Assembly: GCA_963718915.1 (NCBI GenBank) | Contig: CAVRAI010000004.1 | Coordinates: 150,001 to 182,000 of the forward strand | Length of the DNA: 32,000 nucleotides | Direction: 5' to 3' | From: an uncultured Chloroflexia bacterium | Lineage (GTDB): Bacteria > Chloroflexota > Ktedonobacteria > Ktedonobacterales > JADMIN01 | Shown: one piece after another, positions 25,858 through 32,000 of the stretch | Layout of the letters: each line of letters starts with the position of its first letter | Position numbering within the stretch: position 1 is the stretch's first letter | The notes under the pieces: model-generated | Databases searched by the model: none | What the model saw: only the letters and a program-made list of their open reading frames with translations | What the model was told of the DNA's origin: nothing | Program-made: the position numbers and the translations under genes

Positions 25858-26151
25858 TCAGGCTGGTGTGTCTGCCAACACACGCTGATGACGCTCCAGG
25901 AAGCCTTTGAGTGTCCCCTCGTCGGCGGCGCGCGCCCGCTCGTAGTTGGGGGTGATATCGCCAGCATCCTGCCAGTCAATCAATGCTGAGACATCGCTCA
26001 GTGGTAAATCATAGTGCGCGCTGCCAGTGTCCCCGGTAAGCTCCACCAGCAGCCCGGTCTCAGTCTCACGTACCGCGAATGTGCGGGCTTCCGCGGCATC
26101 GAGCACGCGGCCAACCGCGCGCAGAATCGTCTCATAGCTTTCTTGACGCAT
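25858..26151 (-). CDS. Hypothetical small protein (97 aa)
   Basis: ATG at 26151 with AGGAGG 12 nt upstream. Sequence MRQESYETILRAVGRVLDAAEARTFAVRETETGLLVELTGD... No family recognised. Confidence 0.5.
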   Translation of the reverse strand: MRQESYETILRAVGRVLDAAEARTFAVRETETGLLVELTGDTGSAHYDLPLSDVSALIDWQDAGDITPNYERARAADEGTLKGFLERHQRVLADTPA

Positions 26152-26473
26152 CGTGGGGTCGCACCTCCTCATCATCGAACACTCTTCGTTATGAACAACG
26201 ATGTCCATAAACCGTCACATGCTAGAGGTTGTTATATGGTGTTGTGCCACACAAGAAGATACCATTTTAACACCGCAAAATCAAGAATCTCGCCACACAT
26301 TCGTGTCTCAAAATGCCATGTGTCAGGATCAGGAATGATGTTGTCCTCGGGCGTGATTCGGCGGCGGACGCGAGACCCTTGCGGTCGGTAAAAAGGGTGT
26401 GCTATACTGCGGTCGGTACGTCGAACCTGTGCCATGGCACAGGGCGTGCGGTATCATTTGATGAATGTCATCT

Positions 26474-26550
26474 CGGGGTGTAGCGCAGGTGGCTAGCGCG
26501 CAGCGTTCGGGACGCTGAGGTCGGAGGTTCAAGTCCTCTCACCCCGACCA
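26474..26550 (+). tRNA. tRNA-Pro (anticodon CGG), CCA encoded
   Basis: Acceptor stem CGGGGTG/CACCCCG. D-arm AGCGCAGGTGGCTAGCGC. Anticodon stem CAGCG/CGCTG with loop TT-CGG-GA. T-arm GGAGGTTCAAGTCCTCT. Discriminator A followed by CCA. Confidence 0.95.
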
Positions 26551-26670
26551 ACCCGCATCACGGATGGATATACTGGCGAGCCAGTCCTATCCAGCCCACG
26601 CGGCGACGGATTCGAGGAGCACGTCCATGTCGGCGAGGTCAGCGTTTACAGGCGAAAATCACGCTTGTAT

Positions 26671-26698
26671 CGCCCCTTTCCCGTGGGGCGTGCTTTTT
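26671..26698 (+). terminator. Intrinsic terminator ~120 nt downstream of tRNA-Pro
   Basis: CGCCCC-tttcccgt-GGGGCG followed by TGCTTTTT. Confidence 0.6.
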
Positions 26699-26876
26699 GT
26701 GTTGTCCGAATCGGACAACATGCATCCCAGTTGCAACACTCGCTTTGAGCGAGTGAGTGGGCGCCATAGACGGCGGAGATAATCTGTTCCCCCGGTTGTT
26801 CCTCAACCGGTTCGGCGCGACTCCGCCTGCTGCGCAGTGTATCTGTCTGTGTGGGTGGAAAGGAAGGGAGTCGCCG

Positions 26877-27404
26877 ATGCCGGTGCTGGTGCTGAACGCA
26901 TCGCTTCAGCCACTCTCCGTGATTCCGGAGCGACGACTGATTGTGCTGCTCTCTAAGCAAAAAGTAGCCTTCGTTGATGAGCGCGCGCGCGTACTCATCC
27001 TGGAGGCCATCGAGGCTCGCCGTGTTCTTACCGACGAGCCGGTCATCGTGCAGTTGCTGGCCAATGTCCGCGTGCCACGGATGATGCTGCGCCCGACCCG
27101 CGCCAACATTCTTCTGCGTGACGAGGAGACCTGCCAGTACTGCGGCAAGCACATGCGCGAGTTGACCCTTGACCACGTCTTGCCGCGCTCGCGTGGGGGC
27201 CAAAGCACCTGGGAAAACCTGGTCGCCTGCTGCCGCGCCTGCAACGGACGTAAGGGCAATCGTCTGCCGAAAGAGGTCGGGATGCACCTGATCCGGCAGC
27301 CATACGCGCTGGATCACGAGTACGCGACGTTCTTCCTGCTCCGCTACCCGAGACTGCGCGAGGCGTACGAGACCTTCCTGAGTTCTGCCCAGGCAAGCGC
27401 CTAA
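26877..27404 (+). CDS. HNH endonuclease family protein (175 aa)
   Basis: CQYCGK...LTLDHVLPRSRGGQSTWENLVACCRACNGRKGN is a canonical HNH/CxxC motif set. GGAAGGGAG SD before the ATG at 26877. Confidence 0.9.
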   Translation: MPVLVLNASLQPLSVIPERRLIVLLSKQKVAFVDERARVLILEAIEARRVLTDEPVIVQLLANVRVPRMMLRPTRANILLRDEETCQYCGKHMRELTLDHVLPRSRGGQSTWENLVACCRACNGRKGNRLPKEVGMHLIRQPYALDHEYATFFLLRYPRLREAYETFLSSAQASA

Positions 27405-27416
27405 GGCAAACCTCCA

Positions 27417-27451
27417 GGCTATCTCTCTCCCTCAGGTGGAGAGGGATAGCC
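27417..27451 (+). repeat. Member of the CYCTCTCC...GGAGAGGG hairpin family, at the 3' end of the HNH gene
   Basis: ggctatctctctcc (27417-27430) pairs with ggagagggatagcc (27438-27451): 14 bp, one G-U, 7-nt loop. It starts 13 nt after the stop codon. Confidence 0.6.
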
Positions 27452-27745
27452 CCGGGCGACGCGCATCGCCATCGATGCCGCCCATCACCCTCCCCCTTTT
27501 CGTATATCTCCGTGTCAGACAAACCTCCCTGTGTAATGCTCAAGGTGGACAGTTTAGGATAAAATGAAAGGTAGAGCCAGTCCGAGCAGGGCTGGTCTGG
27601 CGGCCTCTGACTGCGGCGTTTTGTGCGGGGTCAGCTGGCTGGTGGACGGATTACCAGGCTGGGCGGCCGTTCAGCGCCGAGCGGATCACCAGCGCGATAT
27701 TCATGCGTGGCCAACGAGGGACGCTCATGGAAAGCCGAGAAGATA

Positions 27746-29215
27746 GTGACCGACACCGTACATAGATTCCTGTGTGTCTACGGACACTTTTATCAGCCGC
27801 CCCGCGAGGATCCCTTTACCGGGCAGATTGCTCCAGAGCCAGGAGCGGCGCCGTTCGAGAACTTCAACGAGAAGATTACCGATGAATGCTATCGGCCCAA
27901 CGCGCAGGTGGGCAACCTCGCTCTGATGAGTTTCGATCTTGGCCCGACACTTGCCGCATGGCTCGAACAGCATCATCCCGATGTATATCAGGCGTTCATT
28001 GCCGCCGACCGCGAGCACCGCGCGCGTTATGGCGTTGGCAATGCCCTGGCTCAGGCCTATAACCACGCGATTCTGCCGCTGGCCACCAGCCGCGACAAGC
28101 GCGTTCAGATCCGCTGGGGTCTGGATGACTTCGCCCATCGTTTTGGTCGTCGCGCCGACGGTATGTGGCTGGCCGAGACCGCCGTTGACCAGGAAACACT
28201 CTCGATTCTCGTGGAGGAGGGCGTGCGCTATACGGTGCTGGCGCCATGGCAGGCCGCGGAACCTATCACTCCTGGCGAGCCGTATCTCGTCGCATTGCCG
28301 GGCGGACGGAGCATTACCGTCTTCTTCTACCATGGCGCGCTCAGCGCCGCCGTCTCCTTCGAGGACGAGGTGACGAGCAACGCCGATGTCTTCGCGGCGA
28401 CTCATCTGCGCCAGCAGGTGAACGAGGCCATGGCCGAGCGCGGCGAGGATCAGCTGGTAGTAGTAGCCACCGATGGCGAGTTGTATGGCCATCACAAGTC
28501 GCTACGCACCTACTTCCTCAAGCATCTCCTGCATCGGAGCGCGCCCGCGCAGGGCTTCGAGGTGACGACACTCGCGCGCTACTTACAGACACATTCTCCA
28601 CAGCGCACAGTAACCCTGCGCACACCGAGCGCGTGGAGCTGCGCGCATGGCGTGGCGCGCTGGGATACTGGCTGCGACTGCACCGAGGGCGATTCGTCGT
28701 GGAAGCATGCGTTGCGCACGGCATTCAACCATCTGGCGGTGCGACTTGACGCGGTCTATGCCGACGCCACCGCCACAACACTACGCGATCCGTGGGCCGC
28801 GCGTGAGGCGTGGCTGGCGGTGCGTAGCGGATGGGTGAGTAGCCGGTCATTCTGGACACGCTACGGCATCCATGGGCATCGGCCGCTCAGGCGAACCCGC
28901 GCCGAGGCCATCCGGCAACTGCTCGAAGCGCAATACTACGCCCAGGCCATGTTTACGAGTTGTGGCTTCTTCTTCGAGGATCTGGACCGCATCGAGCCAC
29001 GGAACGATATTGCCTTTGCCCGGCGTGCCATCAGTCTGGTATGGCAGGCGACACACATCGATCTACAGACCGAGTTTCTGGCCGATCTGGCACAGGCGCG
29101 AAGCTGGCGTAGCGGACGCACCGGCGCCGACATCTATCGCGATTTGCCTGCCGTTCCAGAGGGGGCGCTGCCGCTGCTGGCGCCACCCACGTCAACCAGC
29201 GAGACGGCGGCATAG
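27746..29215 (+). CDS. Glycoside hydrolase family 57 protein (GH57 N-domain + DUF3536-like C-domain)
   Basis: FLCVYGHFYQPPRED, SFDLGPTLAAWLE, NHAILPL and GMWLAETAV are GH57 motifs. The GTG at 27746 is chosen by homology to family N-termini, so the start is uncertain. Confidence 0.8.
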   Translation: MTDTVHRFLCVYGHFYQPPREDPFTGQIAPEPGAAPFENFNEKITDECYRPNAQVGNLALMSFDLGPTLAAWLEQHHPDVYQAFIAADREHRARYGVGNALAQAYNHAILPLATSRDKRVQIRWGLDDFAHRFGRRADGMWLAETAVDQETLSILVEEGVRYTVLAPWQAAEPITPGEPYLVALPGGRSITVFFYHGALSAAVSFEDEVTSNADVFAATHLRQQVNEAMAERGEDQLVVVATDGELYGHHKSLRTYFLKHLLHRSAPAQGFEVTTLARYLQTHSPQRTVTLRTPSAWSCAHGVARWDTGCDCTEGDSSWKHALRTAFNHLAVRLDAVYADATATTLRDPWAAREAWLAVRSGWVSSRSFWTRYGIHGHRPLRRTRAEAIRQLLEAQYYAQAMFTSCGFFFEDLDRIEPRNDIAFARRAISLVWQATHIDLQTEFLADLAQARSWRSGRTGADIYRDLPAVPEGALPLLAPPTSTSETAA

Positions 29216-29393
29216 ATCCCAACAGCCTGCCATTTCCCACGCTGACACACACAACGCAGCTTCCGCATGAGTTAGCATGAAACTTGCTATAGGGGTGGCA
29301 TGCGCGGGTCTGCGCCAGATATAATCAGCCGGGATGATGGCGCGAACATGCCGGAATATACAGGCGCCCTGTGAAAATGCACGGAGTATTTGC

Positions 29394-30017
29394 ATGTCCA
29401 TTCTGCTCCCACATGAAGACCGCTTCTACTCGCTCATAGAAGCGTCTGCCTCGAATGTAAGTAAGGGCGCTGAGATGCTCGTGGCCATGCTGAATGACTA
29501 TACAGACATCCCTGCGAAGGCGAAGGCCATCAAAGATGTCGAACATGCGGGCGATGAGTTAACGCATGAGATGTACGAGCAACTGAACCGCATTTTTGTG
29601 ACACCGCTTGACCGCGAAGACATCGGCGCTATCAGTTCGGCACTGGACGATGTGCTGGATCTGGTCGAAGCCGCCGCCGACGATTTCGTGCTCTGTAGCA
29701 TCGAAGAGCCACAGCCACTCGCGCTGGAGATGGCACAACTGATCGTTCAGTCCTGTCTGGAGATTCAGGAAGCCGTCTCGCATCTGCGCAGGCTCAACAA
29801 GTATCGCGTGGCGTTTCGTGACCGGTTGAACGAGATCAATCGCCTCGAACACCAGGGCGATGTGGTCTATCGCAACGCCATCCAGGCGCTATTCCTCCAA
29901 TCAGACCCGGTGATGATTCTCAAATGGAAGCAGGTGTACGATCACCTTGAAAAGGCCATTGACAGCTGCGAAGATGTCGCCGATGTACTCCACGGAGTGC
30001 TGCTAAAATATGCCTGA
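29394..30017 (+). CDS. DUF47 family (PhoU-like) phosphate transport accessory protein
   Basis: FYSLIEASASNV, EHAGDELTHEMYEQLNRIFVTPLDREDI and LEHQGDVVYRNAI. GGAG SD. Its stop overlaps the PiT start by 8 nt. Confidence 0.85.
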   Translation: MSILLPHEDRFYSLIEASASNVSKGAEMLVAMLNDYTDIPAKAKAIKDVEHAGDELTHEMYEQLNRIFVTPLDREDIGAISSALDDVLDLVEAAADDFVLCSIEEPQPLALEMAQLIVQSCLEIQEAVSHLRRLNKYRVAFRDRLNEINRLEHQGDVVYRNAIQALFLQSDPVMILKWKQVYDHLEKAIDSCEDVADVLHGVLLKYA

Positions 30018-31080
30018 CCTCATCCATCTGCCGCTGCTGGCGGCGGTCAGCTCCAATAGCGGCGAGAGTGTCAGCCTCGCCTTTCTTATCCTCACGATTG
30101 TCGTTGCCGTTGCCTTTGACTTTACGAATGGTTTCCACGATACCGCGAATGCCATCGCGACCAGCGTTTCTACCCGCGTCCTCTCGCCGCGCGTTGCCAT
30201 TGTGATGGCGGCGTTCCTCAACTTTCTGGGCGCCTTCATCAGCACGCAGGTTGCCAAGACCATTGGAACCGACGTTGCCCAACCATCCGCGCTGACCCCA
30301 ATCGCGGTGATGGCGGCGCTGCTGGCGGCGATTGTCTGGAATCTGTTAACCTGGTATGTTGGGCTGCCCAGCAGTTCATCGCACGCGCTCATTGGAGGAT
30401 TGGTGGGCGCGGCGGTCATCGCCTCGCCGCTGCACTTTGGGGCGCTCAAGCTCGACGGTATCCTGAAGATTGTGCTTTCACTCATCCTCTCACCAGCGAT
30501 TGGTCTGGTGATCGCCTATGCGCTGGGTATCGCGCTACTCTGGATATTCCGGACGACCTCTCCGCACCATGTCACCACGATCTCGCGCTGGCTTCAGCGG
30601 GCCTCGGCGGCGCTTGTCGCCTTTAGCCACGGCTCCAATGATGCGCAGAAGACGATGGGTGTGATCACCGCCGCGATTATCAGCTATGAAGCCGCGACCA
30701 CCTCGACCGCGCAGTCGTTCGCGGTGCCGACATGGGTGATTGTGCTGAGCGCGACGGCGATGGCGCTGGGGACGAGTTTCGGCGGCTGGCGCATTATTCG
30801 CACGATGGGCATGCGCATGGTGAAGATGCGCCCGGTGGATGGCTTCGCGGCCCAGACGGCCGCCGCTTCGGTTATCCTCGCCGCCAGCCACGTTGGTCTG
30901 CCCGTCAGCACGACGCATGTGATCGCCGGTTCGGTGATGGGCGTGGGCGCCCGCCAGCGGCTCTCAGCGGTGCGCTGGGGCGTCGCGGGGAACATGGTGG
31001 TCGCCTGGATTCTGACCGGGCCGATTACCGCAATCATCGCGGCGGTCTTCTGCTTCGTCCTCCAGATGGTGAAGCTTTAG
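30010..31080 (+). CDS. Inorganic phosphate transporter, PiT family
   Basis: AFDFTNGFHDTANAIATSV and the mirrored AFSHGSNDAQKTMG motif, in a polytopic membrane protein. 356 aa. Confidence 0.92.
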   Translation: MPDLIHLPLLAAVSSNSGESVSLAFLILTIVVAVAFDFTNGFHDTANAIATSVSTRVLSPRVAIVMAAFLNFLGAFISTQVAKTIGTDVAQPSALTPIAVMAALLAAIVWNLLTWYVGLPSSSSHALIGGLVGAAVIASPLHFGALKLDGILKIVLSLILSPAIGLVIAYALGIALLWIFRTTSPHHVTTISRWLQRASAALVAFSHGSNDAQKTMGVITAAIISYEAATTSTAQSFAVPTWVIVLSATAMALGTSFGGWRIIRTMGMRMVKMRPVDGFAAQTAAASVILAASHVGLPVSTTHVIAGSVMGVGARQRLSAVRWGVAGNMVVAWILTGPITAIIAAVFCFVLQMVKL

Positions 31081-31244
31081 CTGGAGTGCCAGAACCTCTC
31101 CCGGCCTTCGGCCACCCGCCCTCCGGGCCGCTGCCGCTCCGCGCGCCCTTGCGCGCTTCTCGCCTGACGGCTCGCGCGGCAGCCCCCTCAAAGGGGAGGG
31201 CTTAGGCAAGCGCAGCGACGCCACGGCATATTGCTTGCCTGAGG

Positions 31245-31278
31245 AAACGCAAAAGCCCCTCTCCATGTAGGAGAGGGG
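31245..31278 (-). terminator. Hairpin-family member acting as a likely terminator of the aminotransferase gene
   Basis: cccctctcc (31256-31264) pairs with ggagagggg (31270-31278), a perfect 9-bp stem. On the minus strand it is followed by CTTTTGCGTTT. Confidence 0.6.
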
Positions 31279-31294
31279 TTGGGGTGAGGTCTTC

Positions 31295-32000
31295 TCAGTG
31301 TCCGGAGGCGAGTTCCTCCGCGGAGAGGTTGCTGACCACGTCGAGCGCTGCTTCGAGGATATCCAGCCCTTCGGCCAGCTCTTCGTCGGTGGTAACCAGC
31401 GGCATCAGCAGGCGGATGACGTTGTCGTAGAGGCCTGCCTTGATGAGAATCAGCCCGCGTTCACGCGCCTCCACGAGGATGCGTGCGGCGGCGGCGGTCG
31501 CTGGGGTGCGCTGCGTGCGGTCGGTTACCAGTTCGATAGCCACCATCGCGCCGAGGCCACGCGCCTCGCCGATCAATGGGAATCGCTCGCGCCAGCCCTG
31601 CATGCGCGCCATCGCCTGCTCGCCGAGCTCGCGCCCGCGGTCCGCCAGACCCTCGCGCTCGAAGACATCGAGCACGGCCAGCGCGGCGGCGCACGCCACC
31701 GGATTCCCACCATAGGTGCCGCCAAGGCCACCGGGCAGCGGCGCGTCCATGTAGGTATCGCGCCCCACGACAGCGGCTAGTGGCAGCCCACCCGCCAGCG
31801 ACTTCGCCAGCAATATCAGATCCGGCTCGACGCCAAAATGCTCGATGGCGAACATCTTGCCGGTGCGCCCGAAGCCACTCTGCACCTCATCGATGATGAG
31901 CAGGATGCCGTGTTGCGTGCAGATGTCGCGTAGCTCAGGCAGGAAGTGCGCCGGGGGCACGATAAAGCCGCCCTCGCCCTGTACTGGCTCGACGATGATC
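31295..32000 (-). CDS. Class-III PLP-dependent aminotransferase, GabT-like (partial; the N-terminal part lies beyond the window)
   Basis: The frame stays open to nt 32000 and reads IIVEPVQGEGGFIVPPAHFL. Also LIIDEVQSGFGRTGKMFA, LAKSLAGGLPL (PLP Lys) and GGTYGGNP. Confidence 0.88.
   Translation of the reverse strand, partial: IIVEPVQGEGGFIVPPAHFLPELRDICTQHGILLIIDEVQSGFGRTGKMFAIEHFGVEPDLILLAKSLAGGLPLAAVVGRDTYMDAPLPGGLGGTYGGNPVACAAALAVLDVFEREGLADRGRELGEQAMARMQGWRERFPLIGEARGLGAMVAIELVTDRTQRTPATAAAARILVEARERGLILIKAGLYDNVIRLLMPLVTTDEELAEGLDILEAALDVVSNLSAEELASGH

Noticed and set aside
26646-27317. 223-aa minus-strand ORF overlapping the HNH endonuclease gene and the tRNA terminator
   Set aside because: The plus-strand frame carries a canonical HNH motif set and an SD. 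The minus ORF has no motif and runs through a terminator hairpin.
26474-27451. tRNA-Pro plus HNH endonuclease as the edge of an integrated mobile element
   Set aside because: No integrase or recombinase is present, I could find no direct repeat of the tRNA 3' end elsewhere in the window, and the flanking genes are ordinary chromosomal genes.
31081-31244. GC-rich block with small hairpins (ggcaagc...gcttgcc; ccctc-aaaggg-gaggg) and a 100-aa minus ORF between PiT and the aminotransferase
   Set aside because: The ORF is Arg/Ala/Gly/Pro-rich junk spanning convergent gene ends. The hairpins are short or loose, and I can only call the region a convergent-terminator spacer.

Overview
High-GC bacterial chromosomal window. 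My guess from the protein repertoire alone, unverified, is a Chloroflexota/Ktedonobacteria-like organism. I support about 28 protein genes, one tRNA and several cis-regulatory RNAs or terminators. Housekeeping genes dominate: pyrG, thrS, deoC, alaS, a DUF47/PiT phosphate transporter pair, a GH57 glycoside hydrolase, a uracil-type NCS2 permease and a class-III aminotransferase. I see no CRISPR array, transposase, integrase or rRNA. Six items are not explained by routine annotation. (1) The left edge holds a tandem array of at least three zinc-ribbon/TM/jelly-roll paralogs. Their 5' ~230 nt are almost identical while the ectodomains are strongly diverged. (2) A co-oriented triad encodes a Lon-like AAA_32/Lon_C protease, a DUF4258 toxin-like protein and a YgiT-type zinc-finger antitoxin-like protein. 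(3) A well-formed threonine (ACC) T-box with terminator lies ~690 nt upstream of thrS, and a 114-aa ORF with a strong SD sits in between. (4) A minus-strand signalling cluster encodes DUF4388, a Cache/degenerate-MCP sensor and a stand-alone cNMP-binding protein, then DUF309. The sensor ends in a ~230-aa G/Y/N/M/P/RGG low-complexity tail encoded by in-frame mini-satellites. (5) A PyrR-binding-loop-like attenuator plus terminator precedes the uracil permease. (6) Several phased short direct-repeat arrays occur in promoter regions, and a family of hairpins sharing the same stem sequence sits at gene 3' ends. All functional calls rest on my reading of the translated ORFs and motifs; no database search was possible.
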